Shown piece after piece: positions 28,107 through 37,105 of a stretch of 64,000 nt of DNA. The stretch is from Patescibacteria group bacterium. Lineage in GTDB: Bacteria > Patescibacteriota > Minisyncoccia > Phycocordibacterales > PALSA-1337. Position 1 is the stretch's first letter; each line of letters begins with the position of its first letter. Both the position numbers and the translations under genes were made by a program. The stretch lies in assembly GCA_040388415.1 (NCBI GenBank), contig JAZKBV010000002.1, positions 63,383 through 127,382 of the forward strand, given 5' to 3'. The notes beneath the pieces are model-generated. The model worked only from the letters and a program-made list of their open reading frames with translations, did no database searches and was not told the origin of the DNA.

Positions 28107-29426
28107 TTATTTGTCGCCGAGTTGGTTGATAATCGATTGAGATTGTTTCTGGAGAATAGTATTTATGTCAGAATTCTGTATCTTTGCGCTCGAAACCAGA
28201 TCTTGTATATTGGATATAACTTTTTTTACCTGTGCGGAGTTCTGCGCATTAAGCTCGTTTGTCATTGTTTGGTTTAGTCCTTGAGCTACAACCAATCCAC
28301 CAACCGCTCCTCCAACTGCACCCTTTGCACCTCCATTTGTACCACCAACAATGGCGCCAGCCGCCGTGAAAAAATCAGTATTAAATGTGGTAATTGTATT
28401 GACCAGCTCGCTGAAATAAGGACTTGTATTGAGAGTGGCAAGCTCGTTATTTATAGCTACCATTGTACCTGCATATCTGCTGTAGTCGATGACTCTGTTT
28501 GCGGCGTCAGGCTGACCAAGGTCTTTTAGCTGGGCAATGGCTGTTTTCATCTGTTCATTTATTGCTCCCTGGCTTATAGAAGTACAATCATCGCTTGTTT
28601 TCTGGCTTACTGCTCCTGTATTGAGGCATTTTTCAATCTGAACAGTCATGAGTCCTACTGCCTGTTTTGCTACAATTTCACCCTTGGTAGAGTTTTCTTT
28701 ATCGAGTATTGAAAGAAGCTTGTTACAAAGTTCTTCGTTGCTTACGCTTAAATAGTCGCCATCCTCACATCTAAGCTCTGCCTGGTCTGGACTTATAGCG
28801 TCGGAAGAAAGATTTAGTTGATTGTATATGCTTTGTTTCTCCTGTTCATAATCAGCTAGAGCCTTTTTGTCAGCCGCAATCTCATCGAGGATGCTATTCA
28901 CTTGAGCTTTATAAATTGAACCTTGCTGCGCAGATAATAATGAAAGCTGTATGTCATTGAGCCACGTATTAATATTGTTCGTCGGATGGATATTCAATGG
29001 CGCTACCAATGTCGAAGGTATATTCACAAAGCGTGGATCAATCGTTCTCAAGATAAGATATGAAGATAAGATAAGTAGCAGGCCGTATATAGCATTTTTA
29101 ATCTTGTCCAAACCTTCTGACTTGCTATTCACTGCATCAGCGGTCATGTACTGGAATCCGCCAAATGTGATCATGAAAACTGCAGCAACTGCACCCATGG
29201 CAATCAAAAGGTTAAAGGCGTATTTGATATACGAGTCGAAATTGACGTTTGTTGCGAGCTGGAGGTTGCTCGAGGTGACATCAGGGAGTGGTGCCAAAGG
29301 AGTGTATGAATCCTGAACAGAAGTAAAAACATTGCCCGCAGCTGTTGCAACGATAGGGGCTACGCCCATTGCTGAAACAAGAAATATAAATGCAATAGTC
29401 GTGTATTTTAAGTGCTGTAATTTCAT
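28107..29426 (-). CDS. hypothetical protein with signal peptide, two N-terminal hydrophobic helices (pilin/VirB2-like topology) and a long extracellular domain
   Basis: MKLQHLKYTTIAFIFLVSAMGVAPIVATAAG, then TM helices YAFNLLIAMGAVAAVFMITFGG and IYGLLLILSSYLIL. The C-terminus is Gly-rich. 1-nt spacing to flanking genes. Confidence 0.45.
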   Translation of the reverse strand: MKLQHLKYTTIAFIFLVSAMGVAPIVATAAGNVFTSVQDSYTPLAPLPDVTSSNLQLATNVNFDSYIKYAFNLLIAMGAVAAVFMITFGGFQYMTADAVNSKSEGLDKIKNAIYGLLLILSSYLILRTIDPRFVNIPSTLVAPLNIHPTNNINTWLNDIQLSLLSAQQGSIYKAQVNSILDEIAADKKALADYEQEKQSIYNQLNLSSDAISPDQAELRCEDGDYLSVSNEELCNKLLSILDKENSTKGEIVAKQAVGLMTVQIEKCLNTGAVSQKTSDDCTSISQGAINEQMKTAIAQLKDLGQPDAANRVIDYSRYAGTMVAINNELATLNTSPYFSELVNTITTFNTDFFTAAGAIVGGTNGGAKGAVGGAVGGLVVAQGLNQTMTNELNAQNSAQVKKVISNIQDLVSSAKIQNSDINTILQKQSQSIINQLGDK

Positions 29427-29430
29427 AATA

Positions 29431-30492
29431 TTATAAAGTTATTGGTGTTGATGGCGAAGTATCAGAGTCAGCTGCATCAAAGGATACGTTGAAGCTGTTG
29501 TCGGCGCTCTGGAGGATATTGTTCACTCCCCTCACCCCGAGCTCGATATGCGATGTGCCCGATGTGCCATCAGGAGTGCGAAGAACAATCGACCTGCTTG
29601 AAGCGAGTTCATCGTGTTCGAGGCCGTTGATCATCCAGTCTATGGTGAGATCATTACTGATATTGCTTGAGAAGTTAAAGCCGAAAAGCGAAGCAAATGC
29701 TTGGACCTCTTTTTGACTGCCTATCTTCACAGAGTTGCTGATTGCGGTATTGAAGAATGGTCCATAAACAGGGTCATTTTTGTAGAACGTGATCAAGGGC
29801 GATGTTGCACTGATGGCAATCAAGCTCTGCGCTTGGGCAGAACCATCGCGCGTGCTTGCGGTGACGATCAGATAATACGGTCGTGGCACGAGCTTCCCTT
29901 GCAACAGTATCGATTGTTTTCCAAATCCCGACTGGTCTTGAAGGGCTGTGCCGTCATCTTTTTTCCATTGGTATACCAGAGTTGCTGGGTCGTACTCTAC
30001 TCCAGCTGAGTTTGCCAAATGTGGCACGGCGATAACTCTGACGGTATTTTGAAATACGAGAGGAACTTTACCTTTGAAAAAGGGTGGAGTGTAGCCATCA
30101 GTTTCGATTATCAGATCCATAGATCCAGATCCAATCGTGATGGTATTGTTATAACGAATACCATTTGCAGTCACTGCGGTGATAGCAACAGTAATTTTTT
30201 TACCGAGATTTGGCGCTTTCACGTCAAGCGAGATTGCCCCGATACCCTTCTGAACTTGTTTACCATCGACAGTCCAGACGATAGTTGCTGAATTGATATC
30301 AAATGTGTAGCTCTGAGCTTTTATGGTCATAGTTTGACCAGGAACTGGGTTGTCAGTTGAAGGTGTGAGCACGATAGCCGTCGCGTTTTCAGGCAGGCCC
30401 TGAGCCTGTGTAACTGAAGAAATACCCAAAGACAGACAAGCAAGAAGCACTACAATACCATATCTATAATTTACAAAACGAGAAAATTTCAT
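29431..30492 (-). CDS. hypothetical secreted protein with three tandem Ig-like/beta-sandwich repeats
   Basis: Signal peptide, then a repeated motif (IVWTVDGKQVQKG / LVYQWKKDDGTALQ / LTIDWMINGLEHDE) every ~100 aa. Tracked GTG start at 30519; the ATG at 30492 is preferred. Confidence 0.45.
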   Translation of the reverse strand: MKFSRFVNYRYGIVVLLACLSLGISSVTQAQGLPENATAIVLTPSTDNPVPGQTMTIKAQSYTFDINSATIVWTVDGKQVQKGIGAISLDVKAPNLGKKITVAITAVTANGIRYNNTITIGSGSMDLIIETDGYTPPFFKGKVPLVFQNTVRVIAVPHLANSAGVEYDPATLVYQWKKDDGTALQDQSGFGKQSILLQGKLVPRPYYLIVTASTRDGSAQAQSLIAISATSPLITFYKNDPVYGPFFNTAISNSVKIGSQKEVQAFASLFGFNFSSNISNDLTIDWMINGLEHDELASSRSIVLRTPDGTSGTSHIELGVRGVNNILQSADNSFNVSFDAADSDTSPSTPITL

Positions 30493-30534
30493 TACGTATA
30501 TTGTATCAATATTGCGCACTGATTGCGATGGGGG

Positions 30535-31278
30535 TTATTCACGCCTATTAAGTACTTCCATCTCAATATCCCTCACATGATCTCTTCCGGGTATAACTTC
30601 CTCCGGATCGATGGATTCAACCCGTCTTTGTGCGTCCGCAATATACCTATTTTCTGCCTCTACAGCAATTGTTCTTCTCACACCATCTTCATCCATTGGA
30701 TGAGATGCATACTTACGCCCCATAGCCTCAGCAATCTCCATGTCGTTCATTTGATTTGTTTTTGTCTGATTTTTTCCTATACCTACTGCCACACGGACAC
30801 CATTTGTATTTAATGGGCCAGCATTATAGTTTATTACCCTACCCTTGCCCCCAGATGAGCCAGTTCCTGAAGTCGTATTGGGAATGTATGAGTTTCCGGT
30901 TTGAGTTTCAGGTAAGCGTACACGGTTATTATTCACTGGTGAGTTCGTACCCCTCCCTTTCAAAGGTATCTTGAAGCCCGTTTTGTCCTCTATACGTGAC
31001 ATAACGACTATAGCAATTGCAGCAGCAAGTATAGTTGGAAATTCTTGTATACCTGGTATCAATTCTGCGATAAATGAAATCAATTCAACGCCAAGACGTC
31101 TTGCATTTATGAGCCCCAGACCTTTTTTCCAAAGATAAAGGCTTGCACAAAGCCAAAAAACTGGGCTAACAAAGTCACCAGTTATTGGAATGAAAGTAAT
31201 TAAATCAGCAAAACCTGCTACGGCTAAAAACTTAAATATGGCACCATTATCTAAATGATACTGCGGTTTTTCCTTCAT
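30535..31278 (-). CDS. hypothetical membrane protein (2-3 TM helices, soluble C-terminal domain)
   Basis: FLAVAGFADLITFIPITGDFVSPVFWLCASLYLW and ILAAAIAIVVM hydrophobic helices. Directly downstream of the VirB4-like gene. Confidence 0.45.
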   Translation of the reverse strand: MKEKPQYHLDNGAIFKFLAVAGFADLITFIPITGDFVSPVFWLCASLYLWKKGLGLINARRLGVELISFIAELIPGIQEFPTILAAAIAIVVMSRIEDKTGFKIPLKGRGTNSPVNNNRVRLPETQTGNSYIPNTTSGTGSSGGKGRVINYNAGPLNTNGVRVAVGIGKNQTKTNQMNDMEIAEAMGRKYASHPMDEDGVRRTIAVEAENRYIADAQRRVESIDPEEVIPGRDHVRDIEMEVLNRRE

Positions 31279-31299
31279 GTAGCTATTATATCACTCCTA

Positions 31300-33114
31300 T
31301 TACTGCCCTGTCTGTTCAAGCTGTCTCTTTGATTCTTTTATGTTTAATACTTGTTGAGGATTTGTGGTGATGATTTGATCCTCTGTATATGAGCCGATGA
31401 CCTTGATGGCGACGTGCTTGAGGCCGACAAAGAAGATACCCTCCCCCACATCTGATTCGAGCAAGAGATATTTTTCTTCATCAGTGAGATTGAACACTTT
31501 TTGAACGTGATCAATAACCGTTGGCGATTGCTTGAGGAGCATTTGGATAGATGAGTTCGTCACAATTGGCATACCATAGGGCGAGTTCAAGAAATCGTCC
31601 ACGTCCTGAGTGATCGTTGAAAGACCGAGGAAATATTTACGTCCACGTTTTGCCAAACCGAATAGGAATGAAGCCGTATCTTCTGATTTCATCATCCACC
31701 ATGCCTCATCGATCACGAGCAGGCGCTTTTTGAGCTCTTTGCGGACAGCATTCCAGATATAGTGAGTGACGAGATACATAGCCACTGGTTTGAGTTCATC
31801 TTCCATATCACGGAGCGAGAAGACGATGAATTTTTTATTGATATCGACGTTCGATGGGCGGTTGATGAATCCTGACCAGGTTCCTTTTGTATATTTTGAG
31901 AGGCGTTGCACGAGTGAGTCCGCCCCATCCATACCTGCAAGCACAAGCTCAAAGTCTGACAAGAGCGGTGCCTCTACATTTCTAAAATCAGAATCAGGCG
32001 TGATATCTTTGAGCGCGTATGTCTCAGTGATAGCACGATCGATGATCGCGTCTTCTTCTTGTGAGAGCCCGCCCAACATGATGCGGAAGAGGCCGACAAG
32101 GTTAATGATGTTTGAACGAAGAACATCTGATGCAGATTCGTCTTCGCGAGGGATAGGAAGATCGAATGGGTTGATATGGTGCTCAGAGTTGAGCGAGATA
32201 TTGAAGTACTTCCCTCCAGTGGCCTCGGCCATATACTCGTATTCTTTTTCTGGGTCGATGACGATGACATCGACATCGAACATGAGCGTACGGAGGATTT
32301 CGAGCTTGGTCGTGTATGATTTTCCTGCACCGGCAGTGGCAAATGTTACCGAGTTATAGTTTTCTAATGAAAAACGGTCAAAAAGAACGAGTGAAGAGTT
32401 GTGTCTATTGATGCCATACAAAATTCCCTTGTTAGATGTGAGGTCAAAAGAAACAAATGGAAAAAGGCTTGAAAGCGGCGATGAATTGAGCTTTGAATGA
32501 ACACCAAGCTGGTCATCAGCTATAGGAATAACGCTCTTGAAACCTTGTTCTTGCTGGAAAAGAGCAGGCTTAAGGTATACAAGCTTTGCTTCAAGGATGG
32601 ATTTGATCTCAGATTCGAGCTTATCAAGCTCATTTTCATTATCAGCGAATATGGTGATGTATACGCCTACATCAAAAAGGTGTTCCTGTGCCTGCATAAG
32701 TTGATCACGAAGCTGTTCGAGGTCTTGGTAGGCTGTATCGAGCGCTGGGTCACGAACAAGCCCTTTGTCCTCCCTTCTTGAGATCTGACTTTGTACTTCA
32801 GCAACCTTCTTTTGGAAGTGACGGAGTATCTTTGCAGTATCAACAGGATGAATGAAGATGGAAATATCAAAAACCTTGTCCAAGTTGATGATCGGTGCGA
32901 ACCAACTTTCCTCGAGGAAGCGCGGATAAGAGATGACAAAAAGCGTACGACCAACTTTTTCACCAAGGTTAAGTTCTTTCGGGCTGATCTTGAGCGCAGA
33001 AGGAGCGATGACGTCTTTGAGTTCGAGCACACCTGCTTGATAGATCTCTTCGGGGAGGATAGAGACGATCGGAGCTTCTTGTTTTTTACCGAATAAATTT
33101 GAAAATATAGACAT
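31300..33114 (-). CDS. VirB4/TraC/CagE-family type IV secretion ATPase (C-terminal ATPase portion)
   Basis: Walker A TFATAGAGKSYTTK, Walker B with the VirB4-typical DEAW (LLVIDEAWWMMK), and the upstream segment VGRTLFVISYPRFLEESWFAPII, which is VirB4-like. Confidence 0.75.
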   Translation of the reverse strand: MSIFSNLFGKKQEAPIVSILPEEIYQAGVLELKDVIAPSALKISPKELNLGEKVGRTLFVISYPRFLEESWFAPIINLDKVFDISIFIHPVDTAKILRHFQKKVAEVQSQISRREDKGLVRDPALDTAYQDLEQLRDQLMQAQEHLFDVGVYITIFADNENELDKLESEIKSILEAKLVYLKPALFQQEQGFKSVIPIADDQLGVHSKLNSSPLSSLFPFVSFDLTSNKGILYGINRHNSSLVLFDRFSLENYNSVTFATAGAGKSYTTKLEILRTLMFDVDVIVIDPEKEYEYMAEATGGKYFNISLNSEHHINPFDLPIPREDESASDVLRSNIINLVGLFRIMLGGLSQEEDAIIDRAITETYALKDITPDSDFRNVEAPLLSDFELVLAGMDGADSLVQRLSKYTKGTWSGFINRPSNVDINKKFIVFSLRDMEDELKPVAMYLVTHYIWNAVRKELKKRLLVIDEAWWMMKSEDTASFLFGLAKRGRKYFLGLSTITQDVDDFLNSPYGMPIVTNSSIQMLLKQSPTVIDHVQKVFNLTDEEKYLLLESDVGEGIFFVGLKHVAIKVIGSYTEDQIITTNPQQVLNIKESKRQLEQTGQ

Positions 33115-33118
33115 AAGA

Positions 33119-33763
33119 TTATGTTATCTGAATCGGCTTCTCCGTTTCCCCTGGATTAAAGATCTTGTAGAACAATTCTACCACTTCTTCGGTGCCAAGT
33201 TCTGCCGCGCGGATGCCACAGCGAACGAGCCCCTGTTCTACTACAGCGACACGCTGCTCCAACTGGCTTCTGTACTCTGTAAACTGTGCGTCTGACGAGG
33301 CAGTTTTCTGTTCAGCAGTCTTATTTTTGCCCGGCATCATGTTGCTGATAGGGTTTTTGCTTGCGGTGAGAATAGGTGGATCATAAGGTACGACCACAAA
33401 GAAGCTCTTTGACATGATATTGGTGCTTTCGACGAATGATCGTACGAATTCGATATACTCACGAACCTGTATTTTCATAAGGTCAGTGGTCTGTTCTTTG
33501 TAGCGATCTTCAAGGAGAGCAATATATGGCCGTATATCGAGTTTTTTCGACTGTGCGAATATTTGTATTGAGAAATCGAGCGAGTTCAAAAAGTTTTGGA
33601 ATTCGGAAAGAATCGCATTTTGTTCGTCGCCAGATTTCAAGGCAAAGTTAAGAGAAGTGGCCAGTACTACCGACCTCATTGCCCCGCTTCTGAGTATGAC
33701 GATACCGTCTCGGATTTCCTGAATCGGTATGAATTCCTGAGTTGTTGATTGTTTAGCAGCCAT
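33119..33763 (-). CDS. probable VirB4 N-terminal domain encoded as a separate ORF
   Basis: 214 aa, ending 4 nt before the ATG of the ATPase ORF. 214 + 604 aa is about the length of Gram-positive VirB4 homologues (~800 aa). FIPIQEIRDGIVILRSGAMRSVVLATSLNFALKSGDEQNAILSEFQNFL resembles VirB4 N-termini, recalled from memory. Confidence 0.4.
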   Translation of the reverse strand: MAAKQSTTQEFIPIQEIRDGIVILRSGAMRSVVLATSLNFALKSGDEQNAILSEFQNFLNSLDFSIQIFAQSKKLDIRPYIALLEDRYKEQTTDLMKIQVREYIEFVRSFVESTNIMSKSFFVVVPYDPPILTASKNPISNMMPGKNKTAEQKTASSDAQFTEYRSQLEQRVAVVEQGLVRCGIRAAELGTEEVVELFYKIFNPGETEKPIQIT

Positions 33764-34197
33764 TATTTTTGTCTCTTATTGGAATAAATGCTTTCTTTGA
33801 TATCCAAACTCCAGGCCAAGTCTTTGAGCTTACTGTCTGCTATCTTCGGTACCATGACCGATGCATAGTTTTTTGCTTCACGAACAGCCTCGGCAGTATC
33901 TTTTGGTCGAGGCTTCTCTTCTTTTTTCCAAATATACAGTTTATCGGTAAAGTAATATTTAAATGCTGACTCGACTACATTGATGAATGGCCTGTTGTTT
34001 ATCCTGTAGAAAGCAAAAGCTGTAGATATGGCCATGATAGCGACGATAGGTATAAGAGAGAAGATGAGATTGTTTATGAATATATACACTACAAAGGATA
34101 AACCAGCGCCGCCGGCCATAAAGATGAACTGCTTCAAGGTGAGTGGCCCGAAGATCTTATCCTCAACCTCGATGAATTGGGGAACTTGAAAACGCAT
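33763..34197 (-). CDS. PrgI-family (VirB3-like) small membrane protein
   Basis: 144 aa. MRFQVPQFIEVEDKIFGPLTLKQFIFMAGGAGLSFVVYIFI plus a second TM helix matches the PrgI/VirB3 pattern (VP..., then FGgLTlrQ, then two TM). Stop overlaps the next start (TAATG). Confidence 0.55.
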   Translation of the reverse strand: MRFQVPQFIEVEDKIFGPLTLKQFIFMAGGAGLSFVVYIFINNLIFSLIPIVAIMAISTAFAFYRINNRPFINVVESAFKYYFTDKLYIWKKEEKPRPKDTAEAVREAKNYASVMVPKIADSKLKDLAWSLDIKESIYSNKRQK

Positions 34198-34247
34198 TAC
34201 TCCTATTATACATTAGATTTACCGTACAATGGCTGTAGATATCTCGC

Positions 34248-34865
34248 TTACGCAACAGGTTCACGGTACAGATCTGGCCCTCTTGGTTTCTTTGGCATGA
34301 TAGGCGGCGCTTTCTGGGGACTTGTCGTTTTTTGCTCACTCTTCTTTTCAATTGAAACCATAGGTCCAGCCAAGAGATGATCAACCATTGTCACAGGATT
34401 CTCTATACCAGCAATGAGCTCATCGTGACTTTCGATAGGCTGTGCGGTCTGGTCAATGCCATTGCTTCCCTGCTCTGGTTCTACCGTAAAATCACCCGCG
34501 TGTTCAAGGTCAGAGACAGAGCTAGCGTTTGACGCTTTCTCAATATTTTCTTGAGTCGAACGCATAAGCGTTTTTATTTTACTGAAGATATCTTTATTGA
34601 TGTCGTCAGCTAGGGCCGTGGCAGTTTTGACTGGTACTCCTGCGCTATTTGCAAAATTACCCACAAAGCTACTTGAAGGAGATAGTCCGAGCATGATGAG
34701 ACCCACTTGATCGACAAGCTCACCTTCCTGGTCGAGCATTAGGTTATATTTCTTTGAGATTGCAATGAGACCGTCATGAACATCAGTAGACGTGATAGCA
34801 TCCTGCACTCCTTTTGGCAGTTGTTCAAATTTTGCTTGTATTTCTTCTGAAGTGAATTGACGCAT
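34248..34865 (-). CDS. hypothetical soluble protein of the T4SS-like cluster
   Basis: 205 aa, acidic, no TM helices. In-operon position between the VirB6-like and PrgI-like genes. Confidence 0.4.
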   Translation of the reverse strand: MRQFTSEEIQAKFEQLPKGVQDAITSTDVHDGLIAISKKYNLMLDQEGELVDQVGLIMLGLSPSSSFVGNFANSAGVPVKTATALADDINKDIFSKIKTLMRSTQENIEKASNASSVSDLEHAGDFTVEPEQGSNGIDQTAQPIESHDELIAGIENPVTMVDHLLAGPMVSIEKKSEQKTTSPQKAPPIMPKKPRGPDLYREPVA

Positions 34866-34870
34866 AATGA

Positions 34871-37096
34871 TTATTTTTTAGCTCCTCCTTCTGGTTTTGG
34901 TGAACCACCTTTACTTTCTCCACCACCTTGTGCTTTGAGACCTTCAACAGAATTTTTTAGATCATCAAACTCCTCTTTTTCAACTTGTGCCTTAGCTGCG
35001 TCTATATCCATCTGCGCCTGCGCCTTAGCTTTTTCATTAGCAGTCATTTTATTGCTTATCGCCGCTATAGCATCCGTTCTTTCTTTTTCAATAGCTTCTT
35101 TTTGTACCTTGATCCCATTCAACTTTTCTTGAGCTGCTGATAGGGATTGGGTAAGTGGAACAGTCGATGTGCGGTTAGCGGGCATTTTTGCGGCATTCGC
35201 AACTTCAGTAGACTTTATTTGCTCATTGATCTTGCTAATTTCAAGCTCGATATTCTTCTCCTCCTTCTCTACATCACTTAGTTGTTTATTTGCTTTCTCA
35301 GTTGCGTCTTCACGTTCTTTTTTGAAAGCAATCTCATTAGTGACGTATGTACTCATATTTGTTTTTGCAGTTTCCCCAGTTTTTTTCTTTGTTTTCGCCT
35401 CTGCAACATCATCCGCCTTCTTTGTCATAGCAAAACCAGCTTGCTGTGACCCACGTGATCTCATCAATTTTGCTAGGATGCTTACATCTGAAGTAGTGAG
35501 TGCATCGCGATGAGTCTTTTGTAGTTGTTCCGCTGCGGATACAGCTGACTTGTACGCTGCCGCATCTTTTTCTTTAGCAGCATCTAGGACTGCTCTATAT
35601 GAGGCGTCCGAGTAAGATGCGCGATTTCGTGCTACTGTATCAGCATTACGAGTAAAGTCCTCACGGCTGACAGTGCCAATAGCCTTATTCCTCTTCTCCG
35701 TATCTTCTTTTTCAGTTTTGGTGTAACTGTCGTATTGCTTAGCAACTTTACCAATATTTTTGGTTACTAAACGCCCAATAGTTGGATTCGTTGCTTCAAA
35801 TTTGCGCATCGTACTGCTGTTATTGGCACGAGATGCTCCCCAACTAAGCGTATTTCTCTTGGTAAAGTTGCCAACTCCCTTCCATAGGCCTTTCGCACCA
35901 AACTTATCCGCATTGATCCAGTCTGAAGCAACGCCACCCATCGACATGGCTGTCACAAGTGGAATGTTGAGCAAGAAGATGATGAAGAAATCATTGATAG
36001 CAAGAACGATATAGTTCATCGGTATGAATGAGAGAGACGTCCCTGATCCTGAGAATGCGTTACCGCTCGGGTTAGTAAATACCGTGCTTGCGGTCAGTAT
36101 GCGGAGCGCCGCATATAAGAGGAGCAGATATACCGGCATAAATATAAGCTGAGCATTGAGCTGAGTGGTGAATGTCTTTGCCTTGTCTTGCAGTTGCGGT
36201 ATGACCCATGAGGCGAACCAAATAGGAGAAAATGCCAAGAGGAGTACCAAAACTATAAAACGGACGATAAAAGCAAGCGCGGCAATGAGGAAAGAAAGGC
36301 CGATCGTAAACATGATGATTGTGCCTACAACGCCCTGGATGAGGATCTCCAGCGGTTTTGCATCTGCCGGAGCATTCGCATCTGTAGGTCCGCCTGAGTT
36401 ATATATGCTTTGTGGGCTGAGATAGGTCAGGAATATGTCAGATATGCCACCTACGTTTCCTTTGAACATCTGTGAGGTGATGACACAGGTGTTCACTCTG
36501 CCGATGCTCTGGCCATCCTTCGGCTGACAGTCTTTTGCAGTCTGCGCGTCTATCACTGCGGGCGTAGAAGAAGAGTTCACGACGATACCTCGATACAATG
36601 TCAAAGAAACGATATTCGACGCGTCGATGAGAAGGCTGGTGATGAAGAAACTGAAGTTGATGAGGATGCCGACAATAACAACGTTCTTTATGAGGTTACC
36701 AGGACTACCAAGCGTTTTTGAGCTTTGTCCGAGAATCATCAAAAATGACGCATACAAGAGCATGAATATGATGAACATGCCCGATATGTCGCGTATCGTT
36801 TGCCATACTATATATACGCCCTGAGTGCTATCGACGAAATCTTTGATCTGGAGTGTGAGCGTAATGGACACATTCAGAAGCGCACCGGTGAGGGTAACCC
36901 ACAATGACATGAGCATCAATGCAGTATTGGATATCCATGCCGCTACTTCAGCCAGAATTGAGTTCAAGCTCAAGCCGAAGAGCGAGACGATATCGCCTGC
37001 CCCAACATCAGCGCGCGCCACAGACAAGGAAATAACCCATCCAGTGACCGGAAGTACAAAGAATCGTGTGAAGTTGGATAGGTAGCGTTTGATCAT
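34871..37096 (-). CDS. large polytopic membrane protein (VirB6/TrbL-like) with ~300-aa K/E/A-rich coiled-coil C-terminal tail
   Basis: 741 aa with at least 8 hydrophobic helices in the first 450 aa, then a low-complexity charged tail (KKADDVAEAKTKKK...EKEEKNIELEISKINEQIK...). Topology and cluster position are consistent with a VirB6 analogue. Confidence 0.45.
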   Translation of the reverse strand: MIKRYLSNFTRFFVLPVTGWVISLSVARADVGAGDIVSLFGLSLNSILAEVAAWISNTALMLMSLWVTLTGALLNVSITLTLQIKDFVDSTQGVYIVWQTIRDISGMFIIFMLLYASFLMILGQSSKTLGSPGNLIKNVVIVGILINFSFFITSLLIDASNIVSLTLYRGIVVNSSSTPAVIDAQTAKDCQPKDGQSIGRVNTCVITSQMFKGNVGGISDIFLTYLSPQSIYNSGGPTDANAPADAKPLEILIQGVVGTIIMFTIGLSFLIAALAFIVRFIVLVLLLAFSPIWFASWVIPQLQDKAKTFTTQLNAQLIFMPVYLLLLYAALRILTASTVFTNPSGNAFSGSGTSLSFIPMNYIVLAINDFFIIFLLNIPLVTAMSMGGVASDWINADKFGAKGLWKGVGNFTKRNTLSWGASRANNSSTMRKFEATNPTIGRLVTKNIGKVAKQYDSYTKTEKEDTEKRNKAIGTVSREDFTRNADTVARNRASYSDASYRAVLDAAKEKDAAAYKSAVSAAEQLQKTHRDALTTSDVSILAKLMRSRGSQQAGFAMTKKADDVAEAKTKKKTGETAKTNMSTYVTNEIAFKKEREDATEKANKQLSDVEKEEKNIELEISKINEQIKSTEVANAAKMPANRTSTVPLTQSLSAAQEKLNGIKVQKEAIEKERTDAIAAISNKMTANEKAKAQAQMDIDAAKAQVEKEEFDDLKNSVEGLKAQGGGESKGGSPKPEGGAKK

Positions 37097-37105
37097 GAAG
37101 TATTA

